Source of the DNA: a virus
Lineage: Duplodnaviria; Heunggongvirae; Uroviricota; Caudoviricetes
Reading direction: 5' to 3' (one strand)
Length of the DNA stretch: 39,939 nucleotides
Virus record (IMG/VR): IMGVR_UViG_2671180758_000025
The notes under the pieces were generated by a model. That model was given only the letters and a program-made list of their open reading frames with translations, ran no database searches and was not told the DNA's origin. Position 1 is the stretch's first letter; every line of letters begins with the position of its first letter. Positions 28,427-36,906 of the stretch are shown piece after piece. The position numbers were made by a program, and so were the translations under genes.

Positions 28427-28665
28427 TAGTGGATCTCCTGCGCTTCGTTCTGGATTGCTTCAGCTGCCACACGCAGCAGTTCAGCCGCTTCAACGTGGTT
28501 TAGCTGGCGGGATGTGATATGGCACGCAAGGCTATCAAGGCGAGCTGCCATTGCTTCAGCTCTTGCCCGACGTTCTTCCAGACGAGCCTCTGTCAGTAAA
28601 ATATTAAGTCCTGCGTCATCCGGTCCGGTTTTAGTCGAGAGGGTTTCAATATTACGCATAATCAA
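28426..28665 (-). CDS. Hypothetical early-operon protein
   Basis: 79-aa ORF, tightly packed in the early operon. Confidence 0.5.
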   Translation of the reverse strand: MIMRNIETLSTKTGPDDAGLNILLTEARLEERRARAEAMAARLDSLACHITSRQLNHVEAAELLRVAAEAIQNEAQEIH

Positions 28666-28726
28666 TTCTCCTGAATTTAGATAAAGGAATGCCCGGCGGG
28701 TTTACGCCATGAATTTCATTAATTGG

Positions 28727-29068
28727 TTAATTCGGCATGGCTAGCCGTCTGGGAAATAAGCTCACCACTGCACGAAGATGATTCATTACTTTAATCAACT
28801 CCCGCTTTTCGTCAGTGGTCAGCTCATTAATGCTGATGCTATGACGTTCAGCTGGAATTTTTGCTATAAAGAATATGGCAGCCAGTGCCCGTTTATTTTG
28901 TTCGCTATTAATATCCCGTGAATCACGCATATCTTTAATAAACCGCTCAAGCTCTGACTCAATATTCAGACCAAAAACTTTCGCCCTTAACTCCGCAATG
29001 TGATTAAGTCCATTCAGGCGTTCACCGGGGCTTAATGGAACAGTCGCCGCAGCGCCATTAATTGCCAT
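28727..29068 (-). CDS. Hypothetical early-operon protein
   Basis: 113-aa ORF in the early operon. Confidence 0.55.
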   Translation of the reverse strand: MAINGAAATVPLSPGERLNGLNHIAELRAKVFGLNIESELERFIKDMRDSRDINSEQNKRALAAIFFIAKIPAERHSISINELTTDEKRELIKVMNHLRAVVSLFPRRLAMPN

Positions 29069-29090
29069 AATTCATATCCCCAAAACGCAA

Positions 29091-29315
29091 CTATCGTTCT
29101 TTGTTCTTACGGTAACGTTCAAGAGGTGATACATTTTTTCGTATCGTCTCTTTAACCTGCTCTCCCCGTAAAAACGTCCCATCATTTAGCGTGAAAAAGT
29201 AACTGCCATCGCCAGACAACGACGGATAACAACACAGCAAATCATCTTCAGGTACTGAATAACTCTCCCCTCTGTAACGAAACTGATAAACCACTTCACT
29301 TTCCGCTGCATACAT
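29091..29315 (-). CDS. Hypothetical early-operon protein
   Basis: 74-aa ORF; overlaps the 3' part of the 29186-29482 ORF in another frame. Confidence 0.45.
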   Translation of the reverse strand: MYAAESEVVYQFRYRGESYSVPEDDLLCCYPSLSGDGSYFFTLNDGTFLRGEQVKETIRKNVSPLERYRKNKER

Positions 29316-29482
29316 TTTGACTTTCTCCGTTTCCTCGTGGTCAATTCAGACAGCAATTCATCTTGTGAATGACATGGATGCCAGCGTTTACCATCCTCAC
29401 CCATGATCCAGCCGTGACCGTAGTGCATTGCCGGACTTTGTTTTACCAGCAGCGATGCAAATGATGGTTCTTTCGTCAGCAT
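29186..29482 (-). CDS. Hypothetical early-operon protein (3' end uncertain)
   Basis: Start at MLTKEPSF... directly after cII; the C-terminal ~45 residues look low-complexity and overlap the next ORF. Confidence 0.4.
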   Translation of the reverse strand: MLTKEPSFASLLVKQSPAMHYGHGWIMGEDGKRWHPCHSQDELLSELTTRKRRKSKCMQRKVKWFISFVTEGRVIQYLKMICCVVIRRCLAMAVTFSR

Positions 29483-29489
29483 AAGCACC

Positions 29490-29999
29490 TCACAGCAATC
29501 CGAATGAAGCACCGAGGCCAGTCACGGTATCAACTGCACTCGCCATCGCAGGATTAGCCTGTAAACGGGCCTGCAATGAAACAGCCGCCAGCGCCATCAG
29601 TCGTGTTACAGAGTTAATGCTGCTGATAGCATCACGACGACCGGCACAGGTTTTTACATCGCCAGATACCGCACCTGCCGCGACACGCCCGATCTCTGCG
29701 GTTGCACTCATGACGTAATGTGGCAGTTTCTCTTTTGCCACCTCATTAATCGGTACACATGGTAGGCAGTGAATCTGTGCCAGAAAGCCATCTACCAGCG
29801 TTGAATCTTCAGTCAGATCGGTAAGCAACCAGATTTCTGGCGCTGTGAGCTGATGCGGTTGATCTGGGTTGAGTTTGTTTCGCAGTGTCTGAACATTCAT
29901 TCCTGCACGTTCTGCCAGCTTCGCCATATTGTGGCGTAGTGCAAAAGCTCTACAGGCTTCATCAAAATGCGGATGTTTGGAAATCTTGTAATCAAACAT
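29490..29999 (-). CDS. cII: CII-like lysogeny-establishment activator (186 type)
   Basis: 169-aa ORF directly downstream of apl; translation resembles phage 186 CII as I recall it. Confidence 0.75.
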   Translation of the reverse strand: MFDYKISKHPHFDEACRAFALRHNMAKLAERAGMNVQTLRNKLNPDQPHQLTAPEIWLLTDLTEDSTLVDGFLAQIHCLPCVPINEVAKEKLPHYVMSATAEIGRVAAGAVSGDVKTCAGRRDAISSINSVTRLMALAAVSLQARLQANPAMASAVDTVTGLGASFGLL

Positions 30000-30031
30000 G
30001 CTGCCCCCTTAGAAAGTTCTCATAATTGAAC

Positions 30032-30280
30032 TTAGCCACCAACGATGACATTAAAGTTGAAATTGGATTGGCCCATGTTTTTCCTGACTTGTTCCTTTTT
30101 GTACTCAAGGTAACGTATACATACTCTGTCTTTCGGTTTTTCCTTTTTTTCTAAAAACTTAGCGAGCTTACCATTATGAATCATTTGATATACCGAACCG
30201 CGAGAGTAGCCTTCCCATTCCGCGAACTCAGCTGGTGTCGCCATCACTTTTGGTACACGAATTGAAATGTCGTTGCTCAT
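30032..30280 (-). CDS. apl: Apl/Cox-like excisionase-repressor (small HTH protein)
   Basis: First gene of the leftward early operon, divergent from cI; start placed at MSNDISIR.... The supplied ORF extends to 30313. Confidence 0.7.
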   Translation of the reverse strand: MSNDISIRVPKVMATPAEFAEWEGYSRGSVYQMIHNGKLAKFLEKKEKPKDRVCIRYLEYKKEQVRKNMGQSNFNFNVIVGG

Positions 30281-30334
30281 AGTGCAGTATCTCTTAGTTT
30301 GTAATCGTCTCATCTCGTTTTATGTGGTTTGGTT

Positions 30335-30385
30335 TTGCTTTTCAAACCATGAATGGATATTAAGATCGCATTTTATATGCGTCAA
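30335..30385. promoter_or_regulatory. Immunity switch region with back-to-back lytic and lysogenic promoters
   Basis: Minus strand TTGACG-17-TAATAT reading toward apl; plus strand TTGCTT-17-TATTAA reading toward cI; the two -10 hexamers overlap. Confidence 0.4.
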
Positions 30386-30396
30386 GGGGTTTGATT

Positions 30397-31029
30397 ATGA
30401 GTCTAATCAAGGGTGGAAACGATAGTGGGGGTCGTGATGCCATCAACAGGCTGATAAAAGCCTACAATTTCAGCTCACGCCAACAACTCTGCGAACACTT
30501 AAAAGTATCAAAAAGCACCATGGCAAACAGATACTTAAGAGATAGTTTTCCAGCAGAATGGGTAATTCAATGTGCACTAGAAACCGGGATCTCGCTTCTT
30601 TGGTTGGCAACCGGACAGGGTGATATGTATGCAGATAACAGTGACGTAAACATTCTCAAAAATGATAATGACGTCACGATTAGACCACTTTCTAAAATCG
30701 TAGCTCCCAGTATCAAATACACAGAGTTAAGAAATGGTGAACTTCAATCATATGACGAAATTTTATTAGATAGCAGGTTGGTTGAGGGCGACTCGTCAAA
30801 CTATCTATTCATACAAACGACAACAGAAAGTTTTATTGTTGATGTATCTGTAAAACAGATCAGTAATGGCTCCTGGCTTGTTGATATTGATGGAGTGAAA
30901 AGCATCGTAAAAGTAGCTCGAATTCCCGGAAATAAGCTTGTTGTTCATCAGGAAGAAACAACCTTTGAATGTGCAGTTGATGACGTAGACGTTGTAGGGC
31001 GTGTGGTAAAAGTGATTAAGAGCATCTAA
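30397..31029 (+). CDS. cI: CI immunity repressor (186 type)
   Basis: Start at the ATG with AAGGGG 7 nt upstream; N-terminal HTH-like region plus C-terminal domain; followed 3 nt later by int. Confidence 0.8.
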   Translation: MSLIKGGNDSGGRDAINRLIKAYNFSSRQQLCEHLKVSKSTMANRYLRDSFPAEWVIQCALETGISLLWLATGQGDMYADNSDVNILKNDNDVTIRPLSKIVAPSIKYTELRNGELQSYDEILLDSRLVEGDSSNYLFIQTTTESFIVDVSVKQISNGSWLVDIDGVKSIVKVARIPGNKLVVHQEETTFECAVDDVDVVGRVVKVIKSI

Positions 31030-31031
31030 TC

Positions 31032-32060
31032 ATGACGATCAGAAAACAGCCGAACGGAAAGTGGTTATGTGAATGCTACCCAAACGGGAGAGATGGCAAA
31101 CGCGTACGCAAACAATTTGCGACGAAAGGCGAAGCCATTGCGTTTGAGAATTTCACCATGGATGAGGTAAACAAGAAACCTTGGCTGGGAGAAAAGGAAG
31201 ATCGGCGACCACTGTCAGAAGTGATTGAGCAATGGTATTCCCTGTACGGTCAGACACTCGCTGACCCTAAGCGATTAATGGCTAAGCTAAAAATCATTTG
31301 TAATGGGCTTGGCGATCCCATCGCTTCTGAATTGACAGCAGGTGATTTCACAAAGTACCGGGAAGCCAGATTAAAAGGTGAGATCAAAAACGAAGATGGC
31401 GTGCTCATGTCACCGGTTAAGCCCCGCACGGTAAACCTTGAACAACGCAATCTGTCATCGGTGTTCGGTACATTGAAAAAACTAGGGCACTGGTCCGCAC
31501 CAAACCCACTGGCAGGGCTTCCAACCTTCAAAATTGCTGAAGGTGAATTGGCTTTTCTTTCCACGGACGAAATCAAACGCCTGCTTAATGCCTGCGCCGA
31601 ATCTCAAAACACCAGCCTACTAATGATTGCAAAAATATGCCTGGCTACTGGTGCGCGATGGAGTGAAGCAGAAAACCTACAGGGCCACCAAATATCGAAA
31701 TACCGAATTACTTATACAAAGACCAAAGGCAAGAAAAACAGAACAGTACCCATATCACAGGAGCTGTATGACGAACTCCCAAAGAACAGAGGGAAGTTAT
31801 TCTCACCATGTAGAAAAGCCTTTGAACGAGCAGTAAAACGGGCAGGTATAGATCTACCGGAGGGCCAATGCACCCACGTACTGCGCCATACATTCGCTAG
31901 CCATTTTATGATGAACGGCGGAAACATACTCGTGTTGCGCGACATCCTTGGTCACTCGGATATAAAAATGACTATGGTTTATGCACATTTTGCACCTGAT
32001 CATTTAGAGGATGCAGTATCAAAAAACCCTTTATATAGATTAAAATGGACCACACCATGA
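31032..32060 (+). CDS. int: Tyrosine integrase (P2/186 type)
   Basis: 342-aa ORF with the C-terminal catalytic signature ...HVLRHTFASHFMMNGGNILVLRDILGHSDIKMTMVYAHF. Confidence 0.92.
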   Translation: MTIRKQPNGKWLCECYPNGRDGKRVRKQFATKGEAIAFENFTMDEVNKKPWLGEKEDRRPLSEVIEQWYSLYGQTLADPKRLMAKLKIICNGLGDPIASELTAGDFTKYREARLKGEIKNEDGVLMSPVKPRTVNLEQRNLSSVFGTLKKLGHWSAPNPLAGLPTFKIAEGELAFLSTDEIKRLLNACAESQNTSLLMIAKICLATGARWSEAENLQGHQISKYRITYTKTKGKKNRTVPISQELYDELPKNRGKLFSPCRKAFERAVKRAGIDLPEGQCTHVLRHTFASHFMMNGGNILVLRDILGHSDIKMTMVYAHFAPDHLEDAVSKNPLYRLKWTTP

Positions 32061-33076
32061 CTCAAGAATTCGTAATTAGCTATATAAAAAAACCAGAAAC
32101 ATCTACTTTCCTTATAATTTTTTATTTAATATATCTATTTATTGAATACACAAAAAACAAAAATAATAATTATTTCGAAATGACTGAGGAAAGGCTAACA
32201 AAACAAAATTTATTTAAACAATCCATCAGAATACCTATTATCTCATCCTTATACTTCGGTATATTCTCATGGATGGGACACTCTCCTCAATTTGATGCTG
32301 ATGGATTTTCAAACTTCATTGAAATAAGCAAGTTGCCTATCGCTCTTCTTTCCCTTTCGATACCCTTTGTAGCTATAGTCGCTAACATTCACAGAACAAT
32401 ACAAACGGAAAATCAAATTAGGAAAACACAGCAACAGATAGATCTAGTGACTGAGAAAAACCGCAGTGATGCTTACTACGCTCACCTCAAGAATTATTCG
32501 GATATGTTTAAAACGTTACCGTCATTTACCCTTTCTCGTCGAGATAATACAACTTTCGAAAAAGACACAATTAAACTATCTGTAGATCATACCTACTCAT
32601 TATATAAAAAAATATTCACAAAATCCTCAATCTCTACTGGATATAATAATGAAGTTGATAAATCATTCCTTGAAAAATTAGAAAATATATATAACAGCAT
32701 TGGGCATGAAATAGCAAGATACAATCAGCTTTACCCAAAACAAGTTAACATATCTAATTTAGAGAACATTGAAGCACAAGTGGTATGGCTGTGTAGAGAA
32801 CTAGGAGTTAATTATGAAAGAGAAGTCAACAAATTTGAGATTTTTGATCCGATATCAAACTTAGGAATAGAAACATCATTTTCAGATGAAAAAGAAATAA
32901 AAGAAATGCTTCGTGGATTACGAGATATATTGATATCTCTGTACATGCTAATTGATCAAAATACAATTATTTTCCAAGCAACTGCCAATAACGGTGATTT
33001 TTTAGCCAATTATGCTTACGATCCAGATTTTTTGATTTTTAAGGGGATCTTACCTATAGATTCTCAAGGTAAATAA
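32057..33076 (+). CDS. Hypothetical AT-rich membrane protein between int and the att core
   Basis: Three predicted TM segments in the first ~115 residues, then a ~220-aa soluble region of unknown family. Start chosen at the ATG overlapping the int stop (ATGA); an upstream ATG at 32045 is also possible. Confidence 0.6.
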   Translation: MTQEFVISYIKKPETSTFLIIFYLIYLFIEYTKNKNNNYFEMTEERLTKQNLFKQSIRIPIISSLYFGIFSWMGHSPQFDADGFSNFIEISKLPIALLSLSIPFVAIVANIHRTIQTENQIRKTQQQIDLVTEKNRSDAYYAHLKNYSDMFKTLPSFTLSRRDNTTFEKDTIKLSVDHTYSLYKKIFTKSSISTGYNNEVDKSFLEKLENIYNSIGHEIARYNQLYPKQVNISNLENIEAQVVWLCRELGVNYEREVNKFEIFDPISNLGIETSFSDEKEIKEMLRGLRDILISLYMLIDQNTIIFQATANNGDFLANYAYDPDFLIFKGILPIDSQGK

Positions 33077-33190
33077 GTGGCGGCATTTTGGCGGCAGAGC
33101 ATTAAAAATGCCTAAAACGGACAAACACCGCAAAATACTAACATTCTGTTTTTAAATATAAATAACTGTTTTCACTATATTAAAAATGGT

Positions 33191-33235
33191 ATGTAGGAAT
33201 TTCGGACGCGGGTTCAACTCCCGCCAGCTCCACCA
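33191..33235. repeat. att core, copy 2 (junction between the prophage and the second island)
   Basis: Exact 45-bp copy of ssrA positions 1016-1060. Confidence 0.85.
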
Positions 33236-33400
33236 CTTTTTAGTTGTTTGAAGTTCAATGAAGTCTACTAAGCCCACACAGCACAAGCTCTGCGGGCTTT
33301 TTTACGTCTATTGTCGTCCAGTGAGAATTGCTGAGAACTACGAGTTATGGCACCCTGAATGGGACCCATTAAGAAGGGTCCAAAAACCGAGGGTCCCAAA

Positions 33401-34630
33401 ATGGCAAAAATCGCTAAGAAGCTCACTGACACTGAAATCAAAAGCACCAAGCCAGCCGATAAAGAAATCAACTTGTTTGACGGTGATGGTCTGATTCTAC
33501 GAATCGCTCCTTTGGCGAAAGGAGGCAAGAAAAATTGGTATTTCAGGTATGCAGTACCAGTGAGCAAGAAAAGAACCAAAATGAGCCTTGGGACATATCC
33601 TCACCTTACCCTTGCAAGAGCCAGAGCCTTACGTGATGAATATCTCTCCTTTCTGGCAAATGGTGTTGATCCCCAAATCCATAACAACGATAAGGCGAAG
33701 GCATTAAAGAGTGCTACTGAGCACACTCTCCAAGCCGTAGCGCGGAAATGGTTAGATGAGAAGGTAAAGACATCAGGTATCTCACAAGACCATGCAGCAG
33801 ACATCTGGCGCAGCTTAGAGAGAAATGTCTTTCCCGGTCTGGGTAATGTCCCTATCAATGAGATCCGACCTAAGCTCTTAAAACAACACCTTGATCCTAT
33901 TGAGCAACGAGGCGTATTGGAAACTCTACGCCGTATCATTTCACGTCTGAATGAAATCTTCCGGTGGGCAGCTACTGAAGAACTTATTGAGTTCAACCCG
34001 GCTGACAACCTTGGTCAAAGATTCAGTAAACCAAAAAAGCAAAATATGCCTGCCCTTCCCCCAAGCGAATTGCCAAGGTTTATGGAATCTTTGACGAATG
34101 CGTCAATCCGGTTGGAAACACGTATGCTAATTGAATGGCAATTGTTGACATGGGTTCGTCCGGGTGAAGCCGTTCGCGCAAGGTGGTCTGATATTGATAC
34201 AACCAACAGCATTTGGAACATTCCTGCTGATTTCATGAAAATGAAAAAGCTTCACAAAGTTCCTTTGAGTAAAGAAGCTTTGCGCATCCTTGAATTAATG
34301 AAATCAATAAGTGGGCATAGAGAATGGGTTTTCCCCAGCATAAAAGCGCCTCTTAATCATATGCATGAACAAACAGCCAACGCAGCTATCATCCGAATGG
34401 GGTTCGGAGGCGAGCTTGTAGCTCACGGTATGCGTTCTATTGCACGAACAGCGGCAGAGGAGTCTGGTAAATTCAGAGCTGAAGTTCTTGAGGCAGCGCT
34501 TGCCCACTCGAAAAAAGATGAAATTATCGCAGCATACAATCGTGCAGAATATCTGATAGAGCGACAGAGTTTGATGCAATGGTGGAGTGATTACGTTCAA
34601 GCTCAAAGATCAAATGCTCTGGTAGCCTAA
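33401..34630 (+). CDS. intA: P4-type tyrosine integrase (IntA-like, CP4-57 family)
   Basis: Start at MAKIAKKLTDTEIKSTKP... with GAGGG upstream; typical P4-family N-terminus; 165 bp from the att core. The supplied ORF begins at 33359. Confidence 0.88.
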   Translation: MAKIAKKLTDTEIKSTKPADKEINLFDGDGLILRIAPLAKGGKKNWYFRYAVPVSKKRTKMSLGTYPHLTLARARALRDEYLSFLANGVDPQIHNNDKAKALKSATEHTLQAVARKWLDEKVKTSGISQDHAADIWRSLERNVFPGLGNVPINEIRPKLLKQHLDPIEQRGVLETLRRIISRLNEIFRWAATEELIEFNPADNLGQRFSKPKKQNMPALPPSELPRFMESLTNASIRLETRMLIEWQLLTWVRPGEAVRARWSDIDTTNSIWNIPADFMKMKKLHKVPLSKEALRILELMKSISGHREWVFPSIKAPLNHMHEQTANAAIIRMGFGGELVAHGMRSIARTAAEESGKFRAEVLEAALAHSKKDEIIAAYNRAEYLIERQSLMQWWSDYVQAQRSNALVA

Positions 34631-34668
34631 GTATCAGAATAGCTAATATAATCCTGAAGGTAAAGAAA

Positions 34669-35085
34669 ATGGAAACCCTATTCAAAGTTTTTGAAAAATT
34701 TAGTTCCAGACCACTTTTTTTTATTTTTTTCGGACTCTCACTTTGTGAATTTTTTCAGAAACAATCTGTTCTGATGAATCCATCAGCAGATAACATCGCG
34801 AAATTATTCGCAGCCATGATATTAGTTGTTTTTTTTACTTGGGGATTTGAATGGCTAATCTTCAAGTTCAATGTAAACCTTGAACCTCATGATCAAGGCG
34901 ATATTGGACCAACAATTGGAACGGCTACTTTAGCTGTATACTTAGTTTATGCCTTTCACTTTCTCAGTGAAAATCCTGAAGCATTAAATTTAAAGTTATT
35001 AACTAACTCTGGCTTTATATACAGCACAACTCTATTATTATTCTCATTAGAATGCATGAAGCTTAGAAGACTTAAACAAAAATAA
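34669..35085 (+). CDS. Small hypothetical membrane protein
   Basis: 138-aa ORF with 3-4 hydrophobic segments; AT-rich; convergent with the kinase/receiver pair. Confidence 0.45.
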   Translation: METLFKVFEKFSSRPLFFIFFGLSLCEFFQKQSVLMNPSADNIAKLFAAMILVVFFTWGFEWLIFKFNVNLEPHDQGDIGPTIGTATLAVYLVYAFHFLSENPEALNLKLLTNSGFIYSTTLLLFSLECMKLRRLKQK

Positions 35086-35156
35086 ACAACATCATTGTGA
35101 TGATAAATATAAAATAGGCATGGCGAAAAAAAATCACCACGCCTAAAATATAATAA

Positions 35157-36905
35157 TTATGGTAGCATCATTGATACATAATCCACACCAATCCTTGAGC
35201 TATACTGAGACGCTATAGCCTGATATCTTTCTGCATAACCAGTTCTCAGTTGAGATTTAAGTTTGAGTCGGACAGGAACATTTTGCACGTTGCCATCCAT
35301 ATTACTTAAAAACACGGCAGAAATAATATTTTTTTCTTCGCCATCAACTGTTGTTCCATGATTCAACACCACCATATAATCAACAACAGGAAGCGTTTTA
35401 TCCCCTTCGAAAATAGAGAGATATTTTCTTTGATTTTTATGCATTACATATATATATTTCGAATGTTCAGCAAATGGCAATGCTTTACTCTGACTGGCGT
35501 TAAAAAGCTCCAGAACTTTAATGAGCCTGTGCGGACTTAATCTTACATGGTGAGGGTCGTTACCCTGAGTAGGAACCAAATCACATGCCGCAGATACACA
35601 TAAATACCATTTGTTCGACTCTGTATCAAAGAAAATAGTGCCAGTAGAAATATGACCATCTTCAAAATTCTTTGAAGACAAATTCATATTTAAAGCATGA
35701 TACATTTCGTGATAAGTATCATTATTTGATGGCAGATCCATTTTTGAAGAGCAATATTGGAGCAATGCAGCAACTCCGCTGTTAGCGTATTCATTTGAAT
35801 AGCTATCAAAAACACTTTTGATAAATTCATCCAGCGTATTATTATTTTTAAGTCTTTGATAAAGCTCTTCTGATAAATTACCAAATACAAAGTCAATATT
35901 TCTACATCTAATATCAGGCGAGTCTGATTTTAATATCTCATTTAACCACGCAGCTTGACCGTAATGATCGTTAGCCAAATGATTTACAAAAGATAAAGCC
36001 TCAGCTTCGATTGCATTCTGAATTTCAGATTTTATTAACTGATAATAAGATGGTTTCCATTCAATGAGAGAATCATTGAGAGTTTGCCAAATCCTATCTC
36101 CATCGTTTTCATGATCATCTTGAACCTTATGAAATAGGGAGACAAAGATATTACCACATTGAATCCATTTTACTCCGCTTTCATCACCCCGAATGACATT
36201 GCCAGATGTGTTGCTAGAAATAATTGCATTTCTAGACACAGCATATTCTGCAATCATTTTTGCAATGAAGTTTTTATCCTTTTGATCCTCCAACACAGCA
36301 TCATCATGTATTAATCTTTTAATTCTTCTACAAGGCTTACTGTCTTTAATATAGGCTATTGTTTCATCTCTTGTGAGAGCTTTATTACCATTATCATTTA
36401 AGTTCGGTAATACAACGTCTTCCCAATAACTTTGGACATCTTCATTATCGTAGTCAATGATCAAGCTGTTGATATCCAGAGCACCTTTGAGAGTCGATGA
36501 TATCTGCATCCAAACCGTTTCTAAATTCTCTCTAGTATATATTACAATCATATTTAAATGATCGGAGTCTTTCAAATCTTGTAATAGTTTAAGTGTTTTA
36601 TCAGGTGCATTATTATCAAGATGATAATCTACAATAATAAGATCTGATTTTCTAATCCGATCCACATCGAAATTAACAGAACCATTGTCAACATCACAAA
36701 TCATATTTTTAGATTGAAAAAAGCTCTCAAGAGTAGCGGCTCGTTTAGATGAGTCAATTTTGTTGTAGTCTAAATCAACTTCGTTATTCAACGCCCTGAT
36801 TGATTCAGAATACGTCAGAAAATCGTCATCAATCATGACAACGGAACGAATTGCATTTTCGCAGAAAGTTTTCTGGACAAGAGAATTATAATTTGCCACT
36901 GTCAT
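35157..36905 (-). CDS. Receiver (REC)-domain protein with large unrecognised C-terminal domain
   Basis: N-terminus has CheY-like landmarks (VVMIDDD, LIIVDYHL, MIVIYT); about 450 aa follow with no motif I can name. Start chosen 1 nt after the kinase stop, with GGAG upstream; an ATG at 36923 is also possible. Confidence 0.7.
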   Translation of the reverse strand: MTVANYNSLVQKTFCENAIRSVVMIDDDFLTYSESIRALNNEVDLDYNKIDSSKRAATLESFFQSKNMICDVDNGSVNFDVDRIRKSDLIIVDYHLDNNAPDKTLKLLQDLKDSDHLNMIVIYTRENLETVWMQISSTLKGALDINSLIIDYDNEDVQSYWEDVVLPNLNDNGNKALTRDETIAYIKDSKPCRRIKRLIHDDAVLEDQKDKNFIAKMIAEYAVSRNAIISSNTSGNVIRGDESGVKWIQCGNIFVSLFHKVQDDHENDGDRIWQTLNDSLIEWKPSYYQLIKSEIQNAIEAEALSFVNHLANDHYGQAAWLNEILKSDSPDIRCRNIDFVFGNLSEELYQRLKNNNTLDEFIKSVFDSYSNEYANSGVAALLQYCSSKMDLPSNNDTYHEMYHALNMNLSSKNFEDGHISTGTIFFDTESNKWYLCVSAACDLVPTQGNDPHHVRLSPHRLIKVLELFNASQSKALPFAEHSKYIYVMHKNQRKYLSIFEGDKTLPVVDYMVVLNHGTTVDGEEKNIISAVFLSNMDGNVQNVPVRLKLKSQLRTGYAERYQAIASQYSSRIGVDYVSMMLP

Positions 36906-36906
36906 A

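Larger units (their letters stand above)
1016..33235. mobile_element. P2/186-family prophage integrated at ssrA (about 32 kb, apparently complete)
   Basis: Bounded by the 45-bp direct repeats; contains a full late-gene set, replication gene, immunity region and tyrosine integrase. Confidence 0.85.

Noticed and set aside
33191-33235. Second tmRNA-like gene
   Set aside because: Only the last 45 nt of ssrA are present; it is an att duplication, not an RNA gene.
33268-33579. 103-aa minus-strand ORF
   Set aside because: Antisense to the start of the intA-like gene and spanning the att-proximal non-coding region.
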